Source: Octopus vulgaris
Taxonomy: Eukaryota
DNA length: 64,000 bases
Assembly: GCA_951406725.2 (NCBI GenBank)
Contig: OX597816.1
Span: 178,312,001-178,376,000, forward strand
Direction of reading: 5' to 3'
Each line of letters opens with the position of its first letter. Within the stretch, counting starts at the first letter, position 1. The translations under genes were made by a program, and so were the position numbers. This document shows positions 1 through 12,512 of this stretch, in pieces. The notes under the pieces were generated by a model. That model was given only the letters and a program-made list of their open reading frames with translations, had not been told where the DNA came from and did no database searches.

Positions 1-818
1 TATTGTTCTAGTGATAATATTTAATTAGTATGTTTGATCACTTACACAGCATAGTATTTTTTATAAAACATTAACTTCAGCATTTCTGCAGAAAAACCAA
101 TAGTTTATTGATTTAGGTAACTAACCTGAAATGTCAGTCATGCATAATGCACTAATTGTGTTTAATTACTTAATATTTTTAGTTAACTTAATGATTTCAA
201 AGACAGAGTATTTCAAAATGATATTATTATCTTAAATACTAACATATGAGGTCTGTCCAAAACAAAACTGAACTTTTTGCAAAACATTTTACTATCTCAC
301 TTATAAGTTAATCAAACTTGTTTCATTCATTGTTAATACATAGCTTTCCATTTTTGAAGAGAGTCCTGAAATATATTCTCGGGTGTAATACACAGCTTTC
401 AAAGTGAATTTTCTTCAATCTCTTCTTTTGTCTGATGACCATCTTTCAGGGTGGAATTCAACTTAGGGAACAAGGAAAGTTTGCTGCAGCCAAATAGGAA
501 AGATGAACGATAAAGCTTTCTTGTGCTTTGCCAAAAAGTTACAGATTAGGAGTGATGCGTTAGCAGGTATGTTATCATGTTGCAGCATCCAAGTTATGTT
601 TGCCCATGCCTTCCTTTGCACCACTTCTCTCAAATGCCTCAGAACATCCAAGTAAAACTCATTATTGATCATCTGACATCATGGAACACATAAGAAGTGA
701 AATACTTCTAATCAAAAAAGACAATCGACATCACTGTCGTATTTGAGAAATGCTAAGTTTTGGTCATAGAGGCAATGATTCAGCCCACTGCAAAAACTGT
801 TTTTGTGTTTCAACATCC

Positions 819-2034
819 GGATCTTTTCCTTTTGATAGCCAGATTTCAACACAATTTCTAGTTAACTAAACACTTTTAAACTTCGTATACTGGTAGAATG
901 TGTCAAAAGAAAACATTATTTTCACTTAGCTTTTTTGATAAATTTGTAATTCGTTTGTTTAACGTAGTTTAATTTTTCGAATTTTAACCAATCCTATGCT
1001 CTCTTTTGAGCTGAAATCATTTGCTGCGTCTAAAAACCGAGACAACATCTGTTTTGTTCGTAATGTAGCGTTCGTGAGTTCGATATCAGGCTAACCTACC
1101 GGCCCCACGGTGGGATTTTTTTTCATTACAATTATTAGTAAATTTATTTATCAATATCGATAACAAATTACTGCCGTTGTTTAGACTGGCCCCAGTACGT
1201 AACTGGTACTTAATTTATCCCTAACTCTAACCCTAACCCTAAACCTAACCCCTAACCTAACCAAAGCTAGCGACTGATGCCGGAAGGCTGTCACGAGATA
1301 GGGTTAGGGTTAGGGGTTAGGGTTAGGATTAGGGATAAATTAAGTACCAGTTATGCACGCACGCACTGGTGTCGATAGAGCCCCTTGCTGGAACAAATTT
1401 ACACAAAAGGTAAATAAACCTGAAATGGGGAATCAATGTTTCATCGTTTCGGGGTCGATAAATTAAGTACCAATTACACACTGGTGTCAAGGATTTTTTT
1501 CCCAATTCATATCACAGCCTCCGACAAGCTGGGGCATCGTTTTATGAAAAAATATTTCACAAATTTTTACAATACAACCCACACTCCACACACCCTCATA
1601 TCCCACTCTAGACCGATTTAGGCATATTATTATTTTGTTTTTGTTGTTTTTGGCCCTTCAAACCCATGGGAGAAGCCTTTTTGGTAAAAAAAAAATAAAG
1701 AAAATATTAAAAAAATATTGTTAATATTTTTATTGGGCGACGAAATTCATCGATTTAAGAGATATGGATGTATTTCTAGCACATGCCAACACAACCCTCC
1801 TCGTTTGTTTATCAATATTGATAACACAGCAAATGATTTCAGCTCAAAAGAGAGCATAGGATTGGTTAAAATTCGAAAAATTAAACTACGTTAAACAAAC
1901 AAATTACAAATTTATCAAAAAAGCCAAGTGAAAATAATGTTTTCTTTTGACACATTCTACCAGTATACGAAGTTTTAAAGTGTTTAGTTAACTAGAAATT
2001 GTGTTGAAATCTGGCTATCAAAAGGAAAAGATCC
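819..2034. mobile_element. Long-TIR MITE (GGATC termini, ~200-bp TIRs, 8-bp TSD) with internal telomere-like repeats
   Basis: 819-1023 is the reverse complement of about 1829-2034. TSD caacatcc / caacattc. (CCCTAA)n at about 1218-1262 and (TTAGGG)n at about 1298-1335. Confidence 0.9.
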
Positions 2035-2509
2035 CAACATTCTAACTGGTCACCTTATTTCACCATATGCTAAAACACTTTTCAGAAAGTTTTTAGCAGC
2101 ATTCAAATGATCAAACAACTCCTGGTTGACTATGATTCATCTGTCATAGCATAAATTTTGCAGCAACACAATGCATCTTTCATTTTCTTTTTAAAATCAT
2201 GTAGTGTGGACTTTTACTGATGACTACTGTTTTGGAAGCTTTACAGGTAGTCAAACAACACATTTTACAGGTCACAGCATGCACCTTCACAAGGTGACCA
2301 TTGTCTGTTGTGGAAAGTCATCCAAATTTGGGATCACCATTGGTAGAAGTTCATTGTAATATGAGATGCTGGTATCACTCATGGTATTGCAGATGGCTCA
2401 AACAATCCTCTCTAAAAGCCTGTTGCAACATTAGAAAAATTTCCATAAAAGCCTCTTCGTTTTTTTTTCGTATTTTTTTTTAGTTGACAGAAATTACAAA
2501 ATAAAAATC

Positions 2510-2870
2510 AAAATAAAAATTCAAATGGAAACTGTAGTTAAGACACCTGTGCCAGTGACACGTAAAAAGCACCGTCCGAACATGGCAGATACTAGCATCG
2601 CCTGATTGGCGTCCGTGTCAGTGACACGTAAAAGCACCAACCGATCGTGGTCGTTTGCCAGCCTGCTCTGGCTCCTGTGCCGGTGGCATGTAAAAAACAC
2701 CCACTACACTCATGGAGTGGTTGGCATTAGGAAGGGCATCCAGCTGTAGAAACATTGCCAAATCAGACTGGAGCTTGGTGCAGTCTCCATGACTTACCAG
2801 ACCCCAGTCGGACCGTCCAACCCATGCTAGCATGGAAAATGGACGGTAAATGATGATAATGATGATGATG
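2510..2870 (+). mobile_element. RTE 3'-UTR-only insertion nested in the mariner
   Basis: Matches the 3' UTR of the 53170-54780 LINE; (GAT)n tail. Confidence 0.85.
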
Positions 2871-3191
2871 AAATTACAAAGTGACTAAAGGACTGAGTTT
2901 CATGCATTTTGAAACATAATTTCACAAAACACATTCCACTTCCAACTCCTTCATTGTTAAATGTAACAAATTGCCAAGTGCACAAAAAAAAAATGTTCAT
3001 TATGATCTGTGTGGATCAATGATTAACTAAGAGGGAATGATGTGCTATTATAATTAAACTACAAGTCCAGATCCCCTGTACACAGCACTGCAGTCACAAG
3101 CGTGCTGGGTCAGCTAGCTGGTATGCTCTTTCAAGAGTTTCGTCTTCTTTTTTATTTGATAAACCTCATAGAATTTTAATAGTGATTCTAT

Positions 3192-3560
3192 TGTGGTGTG
3201 TGCGCGATTTGAATATAAAGGCACCTACCTTCTCTTCCTCGTGATGGAGACCCTCTAGTGGTAACTAGTCCTTCGACACAGCCCCGACCCAAACACTAAC
3301 GATAGCAGCTGCTAGCTCAAATCCTTAGCGACGTCCTCACACGTCTTGTCACCTGGACGACCCACGTTGGAAAGGCCCAATTCACCGCTGCCTGCGCACG
3401 CCTCACAGCTGCCTCTTCCGGTTGCCCCAGCTTCCGGTCAACGCACCCAGCTGCTGACGTCATCCCACATCTATCTGATTCAAAGTGCTAAGAAAGCCAA
3501 ATTACAAAGTAACAGAATACTTTCATCTTACTATTTGACTAGATTATCGTAACTGCCACA
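3192..3560. mobile_element. Possible solo LTR
   Basis: GC-richer island bounded by TGTGG...CCACA; no clear TSD. Confidence 0.35.
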
Positions 3561-3589
3561 TTGGTATGTAAGTGCCAAAGGGCACTTAC

Positions 3590-3654
3590 CATGGATTTGA
3601 TTCAGTTGCTTGAAAATACTTAGAAACACTTCATAATAGAATTACCTGAACAAT
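3590..3654 (-). CDS. CCDC60: Candidate CCDC60 exon 10 with an in-frame stop (YCSGNSIMKCF*)
   Basis: ttttag acceptor 75 nt after the exon 9 donor and a strong G|gtaagt donor at 3589, but TAA in the expected phase. Confidence 0.4.
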
Positions 3655-3729
3655 CTAAAATATTTAAAGAATAAAACATTTCAACACCAAAAATAAAGAA
3701 GCATCAAATGAAAATTACAAATGACTTAC

Positions 3730-3940
3730 ATGATACCGAGCTATTATCTTCATTTAACATTTCAAGACAATCTTCAGTAAGACTAGATTCCGTTCGATAA
3801 GATGGACTAGCAACTTCTTGAGATTGATGAATTGGTGTTGTACTTACACTTAACCCTGTAGTATATGAACTCCGCCGACTACTTGAGCGACGTGTCATGT
3901 AGCCATATTGCTTCCGGCCAGATGCCAATTTATAACAGGC
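3730..3940 (-). CDS. CCDC60: CCDC60 coding exon 9 (ACYKLASGRKQYGYMTRRSSSRRSS...DNSSVS)
   Basis: tttatag acceptor, gtaagt donor, 211 nt, phase 0-1. Ser/Arg-rich like the CCDC60 RKPSRRGS region. Confidence 0.8.
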
Positions 3941-4277
3941 CTATAAAATAATTTACATTAAAGGTGTTATTCTTCAAGCTCAATGGTAAAGTTTTAAAGA
4001 ATTTAAATTGGTGTTATGAAAGGAATTATACTCATCAGAACATTAAGTTTATAGTTTATGACTAAAAATTTAAATGCAAGACTCTTTCTACTCATACTCA
4101 GACAATGTTTTCTATTACTCCACACTATAAACTATTCAAGGTAAACACTGTGTCGGTCTCACTGGTATTTGAGGGTCTGCAGAAACTATATGTACAGCTC
4201 TTTCCTCAAGAACAAGTCAATGAAAGAAAATCAAAAATCAAAAAAACCCAGATTTGATGATAACTCATTACATAGAC

Positions 4278-4670
4278 ACAGGAGTGGCTGTGTGGTAATT
4301 AGCTTGCTAACCAACCACATGGTTCCGGGTTCAGTTCCACTGCGTGGCATCTTGGGCAAGTGTCTTCTGCTATAGCCTCAGACCGACCAATGCCTTGTGA
4401 GTGGATTTGGTAGACGGAAACTGAAAGAAGCCCATCGTATATATGTATATATATGTGTGTGTTTGTGTGTCTCTGTGTGTCCCCCTAGCATTGCTTGACA
4501 ACCGATGCTGGTGTGTTTATGTCTCCGTTACTTAGCGGTTCGGCAAAAGAGACCGATAGAATAAGTACTGGGCTTACAAAAGAATAAGTCCCGGGGTCAA
4601 GTTGCTCGATTAAAGGCGGTGCTTCAGCATGGCCACAGTCGAATGACTGAAACAAGTAAAAGAGTAAGAA
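4278..4670 (+). mobile_element. tRNA-derived SINE family A
   Basis: A box (GTGGCTGTGTGG) and B box (GGTTCAGTTCC), internal (TA)/(TG) tract, tail GACTGAAACAAGTAAAAGAGTA. Confidence 0.9.
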
Positions 4671-4997
4671 GAGAGAAAGTATGTTCAACAGCTAAGTGAT
4701 TGAAAATTTAAACAAAAACTCCTTAAAATTAATTTTAAAACTCCAACCAAAGTCCTTTCTGGAATAAACAAAAGGAAAAAAAGAGTGAGGAGAAGGTACA
4801 AATTCAAAATAGTAATTCATGATGAAATAAAAACCTGTGAACAAAGACAACAGAGGCCAATTGAAGAGAAACATTTACAAAACTGCAACAAAATGGAGTC
4901 TTAAGAGAAGACATTTCACACAAATATTGGTAAATAACATACTTCAAGAGAAAGATCTTTAAATTATCTGACTGGTTGCAAAAGAGAGGTGTTAGAT

Positions 4998-5252
4998 CAG
5001 TGTTTCTCAACCATTTTTTACTTACGGACCCCTTTGATTCCTATTTTACTTATATCTGCCTTCCTACCTATTCTATGTTTTAAAAATCCTATCATATTTT
5101 TATAATTAAATATAATTAAAAATTATATATAAAAAAATTGTTAAAATATTCTGTGTATAGAAGAAATATAATCTATTCATTGCACGTAAATTTTAATAAC
5201 AAAATCTTATGTGGACTCCAAGGGCCATACAGACCCCAGTTGAGAAACACTG
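4998..5252. mobile_element. hAT-type MITE
   Basis: TIR CAGTGTTTCTCAAC / GTTGAGAAACACTG; 8-bp TSD tgttagat / ggttagat. Confidence 0.85.
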
Positions 5253-5640
5253 GGTTAGATTGAATGTCGATTGATAAAAGTAATCAGATATTTAGAAGTT
5301 TTAAACTAGGATTTTTTTCTTTACCATTTTGTCAGGAAGGGAAGTACAGCATTAAGGGCACTTTACTTTTTCAAGGCTTCCAAGACTGATGGGAAGAATA
5401 GAGGAAGTTATCCTTAAACCAGAGATCGATCTGAATGCTTGCATTTTCAATAGAGTGAGCTCTTGCAAAAAATAGGAGCAGATAGTGGTGTGAAAGGAGG
5501 TAACAGACTAAGTCTACCAGCTAAACTGAAACGATATAAAAGTTTCAATTAAAATACATTTGTTCTAAAATCATACAGAAGAGTAGCTAATGTATTATTT
5601 CACAGCAAAACAGATAATGGCACTCATGCTTAATACAGCA

Positions 5641-6037
5641 TGTAGTGATGCTGCTGTGTAAGGTTCAGCACGCATGTAGCCACCGGAAGTCTTCCCCATG
5701 CGCATGTGCGGGAAACTGACCCCTAAAACACCGTCCACTCACTCACTCTCTCTGGCCCCAAAAGCCCTCGTGAACAGACGTGCATTAGCAGTCTCTGAGA
5801 ACTACGCACCGACTTAGCAGCAGACCACATCGAATCACTTCGACAAACCAACAAGAAGCAGTACAACAGATTTGGCTGTCGGTTCCCCTCAGAAATACGT
5901 ACACCATCACGAGTAATAAACAACATTTGCTGTCTTTCCCAGATAACCTGACTTCGTCTGTTATATCTAACTAAATTGAATGTGACGGGATCGGATCGGA
6001 CACCCCTCCAGCGATACCGATTCCAGATCCTGTTACA
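5641..6037 (+). mobile_element. Solo LTR (Gypsy-type)
   Basis: TGTAG...TTACA termini, 4-bp TSD AGCA (5637-5640 and 6038-6041), internal AATAAA near 5914, CpG-rich relative to flanks. Confidence 0.8.
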
Positions 6038-7144
6038 AGCATAAATATTGGTTAAAAAATCAAACAATATATATTGAAATTCCTTGTTAAACTTATTCTG
6101 TATCAATTCAATATGTGACATAATTTGTATTTTACTTCTAAAAATAATAATTACACTATATAAAAGTCTAACCATTATTTGCAAGCGAGTTTGTACAATG
6201 CTTTTGCTAATTATTTTAGGTGGCTGTGTAGTTATGAACAGACATAGACACCCTCTCAGTCTCTCACTTTAACCGAATGGAATATTGAAGATGTGTCAGC
6301 TGTAGGACAGTGAAGGCAGCACCAGTTCTTGGCTGTTATTCATTTTTCAGTCGAATAAACCGAAGCAACGTGAGAACAATTTGCCTTGCTCTGGGAGACA
6401 ATTCATCACCCAACCCTGGAGTCAAACCTACAACATTATGTTCACAAACTCAACACCTTCACCATTAAACTATGTGCCTTCACACCCACTATGTACTTCA
6501 ACAAAAATAAAAGAGTATACATATATATGTGGTAAAACATAGTACTGCATCAGTTTCACCTGGCAACTCATGCAAAGACTGCAAAGACATGGAAACCAGA
6601 AAGAAACTGGGAGAAGTGCTAGACTAAGAACATCTGGCACCAGACATTCAAAGAGAACCTCAAATGTATTGGGTCTAGTTAGGCAGAAGTAGGAACACTG
6701 TAAGAGATTGACTATGCATGAAGAAGCTTGAAGCCTTGTGCATTGCACAGTAAGGGTGGACCTCAAGTTTAAGTAACATGTATTCTAGAAAAAAAAGAAG
6801 ATATTTACAATTATTATCATCAACACATACATCTTACTTTAAACCCTTTCATGTGTTCATCATTCATATATATGTGCACGCATGTACACACACACACACA
6901 CACACAAGATTACTTTCACCAACAAAATTTTTAAATGTATATATATTTCAAATTATTTGACATATCTATGATGTAAAAGAATGAGTTTCTTAGATTTGAA
7001 AATTTTCTCACTTTGTTTTACTGAAAGCAATTATCCTTTTTTCTAAAAAACAATCAAGGCAATTTTGTTTGTCTAATATAAACAACATAAATATAATAAG
7101 CAACAATCAATAAAAATTTAAGAGAGAACAAGTTTTTAACCAAC

Positions 7145-7229
7145 GTTTCCAATGATTCCAGAAGTGTTGAAGTAATCTAATCTTTGTTTCTGAAATTTCT
7201 TTAAGAATATCTTTGATCCACCAATATCC
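7145..7229 (-). CDS. CCDC60: CCDC60 coding exon 8 (DIGGSKIFLKKFQKQRLDYFNTSGIIGN)
   Basis: tttcag acceptor, gttggt donor, 85 nt, phase 2-0. DIGGSK corresponds to human DPGGSK. Confidence 0.85.
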
Positions 7230-7318
7230 CTGAAATATATAGGGTGATATAAGCAATGAATTCTTTATTAATATATTTCTATTTTCTTAACCAGAAATAA
7301 TTATGGCTATTTACTTAC

Positions 7319-7423
7319 TCTATATTCCAAGAAGAATGGATATGATTCATAGAATGATTTGAATCATTGCTGGAAGCTTCCAATAGCCAATGGAGAGCAC
7401 ATAGCTGTCGGAATAAAGAGTCC
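7319..7423 (-). CDS. CCDC60: CCDC60 coding exon 7 (DSLFRQLCALHWLLEASSND...WNIE)
   Basis: ttgcag acceptor, gtaagt donor, 105 nt, phase 2-2. LFRQLCALHWLLEA matches the CCDC60 (DUF4698) signature as recalled from the human protein. Confidence 0.92.
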
Positions 7424-7449
7424 CTGCAATAAAAAGACAATAATGTAAA

Positions 7450-8250
7450 TGGCTATAGAGTGAAAGATGAATGCTTCACTAACAATATGATAATAAGTCT
7501 TTATCTAAGAGTAAAGCTACAACTATATTCTTCAGATATACATGAATGAGTGTTGTATGCATTTGGATGGAGGTTGTACAAGATCAACTAGCAGCAAGGT
7601 GCAAAGGCTTAGTTATAGTAGAAAAAGCAGAGTGAGGAGACAGCTCTTCTATAAGCCAGAGGTTGGAGCGTGGTAGTGAGTAATTCCATGATAATCAATC
7701 ACATGACCTTTTCTGGATGCCAACTAAGATGCTCATGTATGCAGCAATAGTACCATTCCAGATATAGGAAGTATATTCCATTAAAGGACTTTCTTGATTT
7801 TCATATAGAGCTAACTGCTGAAGCATGTTCTAGCTCAAAAGAGCAAATCTTTGGACCCTGGTTTTTATTATGCTGTGGATGTGAGATAGTCAGGAATAAA
7901 CACTAGTGACTGTGAGGTTTAGCATTTTTAATTTTAAAGCATTTTAAAAGTTTCAGTTGCATGTTATCATGATTTGAGAAAGTGTGACGCAAGTATATTT
8001 TCTTGAAGAGGACATAATTAATACAAACCAATGGAGAATATTTTTTGAGATATCTGTTCATGAAGGTGATGTATGTCTAATGTGAGATGTCTAGGTTGCA
8101 AGTGAATGTTGCCTGTATGCAGAAAGTCAAGGATCAGTAAAGAGTGGTATCATTTGCATAGGAGGAAATTGTTCTTAGCGGTAACAGTAGATAGGTCTTT
8201 GATATACAGGAGGAATTTCAGGTCCCACTACAGTTAATAGTGTGGTTCAG
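7450..8250 (-). mobile_element. Highly decayed LINE (CR1-like) remnant
   Basis: Composition and fragmentary minus-strand peptides resemble a CR1-type ORF2 C-terminus; no intact motif. Confidence 0.3.
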
Positions 8251-8379
8251 AAACCCTCATCAACATACAAATGCAGTGGTGAGATCTGACAAGAAACTTT
8301 TGTTCTAAGAGATGAGAGATGGATGAAACCCAAGTCACAAATTAAAATATTAAATTGTAATAATGCAACAGATACAAAC

Positions 8380-8556
8380 CCATTTATATTGCTAACACAA
8401 TGAGCTATATTGTTATGTTGTGGTGTATATGGTCTAGCATGAATTGATTTTTTCCTGTTTGAAGGGTACTCAGTAATTGTGGGTTTCTTATCACTGGAGC
8501 TATTGTTCATTGATGAGGAACTTTCAGACACTATTGATTTGGTTCCATCTAAGTCA
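8380..8556 (-). CDS. CCDC60: CCDC60 coding exon 6 (DLDGTKSIV...ARPYTPQHNNIAHCVSNING)
   Basis: Poly-T cag acceptor, GG|gtttgt donor, 177 nt, phase 2-2. RPYTPQH matches the CCDC60 RPFTPIH motif. Confidence 0.85.
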
Positions 8557-8765
8557 CTGAAAAAAAAAACAATAATAAAATGATATATGTTGTTTCACAC
8601 ATATTTACTTACAAAATCCAAAAGCATTGAAGTCAGGACCAATTGTAATGAGGGCAATATACTTGAGAAGAAACTTTGCAGGGAATTTGAATTAAATTGC
8701 CATAAAAAAAACCCATTGAATTAAAAGTATTAAACATACTGAATAAGGATTTTAGACAAATAAAT

Positions 8766-8938
8766 AGGCACCGGAGTGGCTGTGTGGTAAGTAGCTTGCT
8801 AACCAACCACATGGTTCTGGGTTCAGTCCCACTGCGTGGCATCTTGGGCAAGTGTCTTCCACTATAGAACTCGGGCCGACCAATGCCTTGTGAGTGGATT
8901 TGGTAGACGGAAACTGAAAGAAGCCTGTCGTATATATG

Positions 8939-8969
<31 letters not shown>

Positions 8970-9180
8970 TTGTGTGTCTGTGTTTGTCCCCCTAGCATTG
9001 CTTGACAACCGATGCTGGTGTGTTTACATCCCCGTCACTTAGCGGTTCGGCAAAAGAGACCGATAGAATAAGTACTGGGCTTACAAAGAATAAGTCCCGG
9101 GGTCGATTTGCTCGACTAAAGGCGGTGCTCCAGCATGGCCGCAGTCAAATGACTGAAACAAGTAAAAGAGTAAAAGAGTA
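8766..9180 (+). mobile_element. SINE family A
   Basis: Near-identical to other copies in the window. Confidence 0.9.
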
Positions 9181-9301
9181 ACTACATGCATTATACACTT
9201 GTTCTTCATCTCAGCTTTGAAGCTGAAGTGAAGAACATGCATATAGTGCAAGAGGTTAACTGGCAAAAAAAATAGGACCATCCACAAATATAACATTTTC
9301 A

Positions 9302-9595
9302 TATCCGAGCGTGGCCGTCGGCCAGCCTCGTCTGGCACCTGTGTCGGTGGCACATAAAAAACACCATCCGAGCGTGGCCGTCTGCCAGCCTCGTCTGGCA
9401 CCTGTGTTGGTGGCACATAAAATCACCCACTACACTCTCGGAGTGGTTGGCGTTAGGAAGGGCATCCAGCTGTAGAAACACTGCCAGATCTGACTGGCCT
9501 GGTGCAGCCTTCGGGCTTGCCAGACCCCAGTTGAACCGTCCAACCCATGCTAGCATGGAAAGCGGACGTTAAACGATGATGATGATGATGATGAT
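9302..9595 (+). mobile_element. RTE 3'-UTR-only insertion
   Basis: Same terminal motif AACCCATGCTAGCATGGAAAGCGGACGTTAAACGATGATG. Confidence 0.85.
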
Positions 9596-10483
9596 TTTTA
9601 ATTAGAAAAAATGAGAATATTTTTAGAAATAAATTACATTGGAATAACCAAAAACAGTAGTCATATTAATCAAAGACAGTCAATAACATTAATTAGGCAC
9701 AAAATTCAAATTGAAAATTGTTATCAAAACATCCATTCTAAGCCTATATTTCTCCCTCTTTGTATTTAAATCTATCTCTATAGACAGTAATTCGTAGAGT
9801 TGCTAAAGTGTAGGACAAAATGCCAGACAGTATTTGTTCTGGTTGTGTGTGCTATAAATTCAAATCCCAAACAAGATCAACTTGTCTTTCATCATTTCAG
9901 GGTGTTCAAAAAAGTGGATTAATGACATTTTTAGAATGTTAGGCGAGGTGCTTTGCAGTATTTGTTCAGCTCTTTTTATTCTGAATTCTTGGGTCATAGA
10001 CTTAATCCATTGCTCAGTTTTGCACTACCACCTGGTTCTTGGGTGCATTTAGCAGAGTTCACTCAGTTGCAAGCATTTCCAGTTCATGGATAACTACCTT
10101 CCCACCCTCTTTAGCCTCAGAGACTAACAAAAATGGGATTAAAGGCACAACTTTTTCTTCCCTGACTAAACAGTAGAAAGAAAAAAATTAGGTTACCTAA
10201 ACAGTAGCATTTAGAACTAAATGTTTGTAAATTTAAATGAAATATAGTGTAACAGATTGTTCTTACTGGAGAAATCAGCCTTAGAGCTGGATGCTCTTCC
10301 TGTTGCTAAACACTCAGCTATGAAGCAAGAAGGGTTATGCACTTTCGTCATGTTTGGAAATTGCAATTAACTGAAAATGCTGATGTAGTAAGTCAGTCCC
10401 TTACTCCTTAACATGATTACATAAATTCATGCTATTGGCTCACTTGAAGTTTTTTCTTTAGTTCATTTTATTATTAACATTTA

Positions 10484-10858
10484 CTCTTTACTCTTTTACT
10501 TGTTTCAGTCATTTGACTGCGGCCATGCTGGAGCACCGCCTTTAGTCGAGTAAATTGACCCCGGGACTTATTCTTTGTAAGCCCAGTACTTATTCTATTG
10601 GTCTCTTTTGCCGAACCGCTAAGTGATGGGGACGTAAACACATCAGCATCGGTTGTCAAGCAATGCTAGGGACACACACACACACACATATATACGACAG
10701 GTTTCTTTCAGTTTCCGTCTACCAAATCCACTCACAAGGCATTGGTCGGCCCAGGGCTATAGCAGAAGACACTTGCCCAAGATGCCAAGCAGTGGGACTG
10801 AACCCAGAACCATGTGGTTGGTTAGCAAGCTACTTACCACACAGCCACTCCTGCGCCT
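10484..10858 (-). mobile_element. SINE family A
   Basis: Reverse-complement copy. Confidence 0.9.
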
Positions 10859-11321
10859 ATGTTTGTTAGCCTAGAAAGGCATTTCACATCATCTCACACT
10901 TAAATGCCTTTTATATTTTTATTTTTGTTTCTTCAGTCAGATAAAGATGGAACAAATTGTGTTCAAAACCAAATAAGATTTGGATTCATTTGTTGTTGAT
11001 GTTGCTTAGAATCAGGTCAGTTGATCGAGCAACTGTATATAATCAAATGCATTCTTTCAATGACCAATTCATTTCTTTTGTATATCAAGGATTACATAGT
11101 TGAGTGTATCCTTCATTATTTTTTTTCTCTGTTTATTGAGATAATTTGTACTTTTACATTACAATGATCTTCTTTCAACAGTTATCTCCTTGAGAAAAAA
11201 AGCAAAAAAAAAAATAAATAAATAAATCCAATAAACAAGTTATGATTAAAAGTTGTCAGTTTATTGATTACATGACAGATAAAGAACAGACAAAGTAATT
11301 AAAAATGAAATTGTTTCTTAC

Positions 11322-11449
11322 TTCTGTGAGTCGTTAGATTCATTATCAGATTCTATGCCGCTCTCATCACTGCTGTCAGACATAGGATTTCTCCATTGTA
11401 ATCGAACCTTCTCTTTTCTCTTTCTCTCTTCATCTTCAACTGCCTTTTT
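11322..11449 (-). CDS. CCDC60: CCDC60 coding exon 5 (KKAVEDEERKRKEKVRLQWRNP...DSQ)
   Basis: gacag acceptor, gtaag donor, 128 nt, phase 0-2; charged coiled-coil-like stretch. Confidence 0.8.
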
Positions 11450-11833
11450 CTGTCAAAACCAGAACATTCTTTATATCACACAAGTGGTACTTAATGATTC
11501 ATTCATTCGTTTTGTGAATCAGTAAACACACAGCTAGGGAGAGGATTACAAAAGAAGTGGTAGAGTCAAGCAAGATCTTACACAAGTTTTATGTATGATG
11601 CTTGAAAGTTATTCAACAAAGTATGAGTTAATCCCTCAAACCAGCAATCTCTCTCTCTCTCTTCCTGCTGGATAAAACCCTTCTTATTTCTCCCTATTGA
11701 CTTTGGGTGACTGATCTCCAATTTTTTGTAAAACTTTCAGTTCTTGAGTATATGCAGATGTTGAGGTACATATTTAGCAGGTGACTAACAGGCATTGCAG
11801 TATAGCTTACCTCTGATCCTAAAGGGTTGCAGT

Positions 11834-12112
11834 CAGTGGCGGACTGGTCAAGTTGCCAGCTGATGACAAGTGGGCCCCTACGCCATTAGAATCCATATAT
11901 GGGGACTCATGTTAATATCTAAGGAGCCCATCCCCTCAAGTTTGAGAAATTTTTTATTCACTTCTGGAAGAATGCATTAATTATTTCAGCCTGGCTGTGT
12001 TTGTAGAAAGAATACTTTTAACAAAGAAAAAAATTAAATGATAGTATTGTAGTTGTGGCTGGGCCCCCTTAGTCTCCTGGCAACCAATATTTTTAGTCCC
12101 AGTCCGCCAATG
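11834..12112. mobile_element. hAT-type MITE
   Basis: TIR CAGTGGCGGACTGG / CCAGTCCGCCAATG; perfect 8-bp TSD gttgcagt. Confidence 0.9.
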
Positions 12113-12297
12113 GTTGCAGTTAAACCTTGGTTTTAATTCCACTGATTCAGTAACAATGATCACAAAAGTTATTAAAAGTCATATGAGGAGTTTGGGACAC
12201 AACAGTACTATACAAGCCCCTTGCACGTTGGGTTACACATCAGCAGTTGGTAAAAATCAACTCCAATACTTTAAAGTATCAATATTTAATTTTATTA

Positions 12298-12512
12298 AGG
12301 CAACAAGCTGGCAGAAACGTTAGCACGCCAAGCAAAATGCTTAGCGGTATTTCATCTGTCTTTACGTTCTGAGTTCAAATTCTACCAAGGTCAGCTTTGC
12401 CTTTCATCCTTTTGGGGTTGATAAATTAAGTACCAGTTGCATACTGGGAGTCGATCTAATCGACTGGCTTCCTCCCTACAAAATTTCAGGCCTTGTGCCT
12501 AGAGTAGAAAAG
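12298..12512 (+). mobile_element. SINE family C (tRNA head plus Nin/Deu-like domain)
   Basis: GCTGGCAGAAACGTTAG...GAGTTCAAATTC...GCCTTTCATCCTTT..GGGTTGATAAATTAAGTACCAG. Confidence 0.8.

Larger units (their letters stand above)
247..3168 (-). mobile_element. Decayed mariner (Tc1/mariner) transposon carrying nested insertions
   Basis: TA|TGAGGTCTGTCCAAA at 245 and TTTGATAAACCTCA|TA at 3155-3170 form TIRs with TA TSD. ORF 463-672 resembles a mariner DDD segment (NEFYLDVLRHLRE...WMLQHDNIPANA). Confidence 0.75.
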
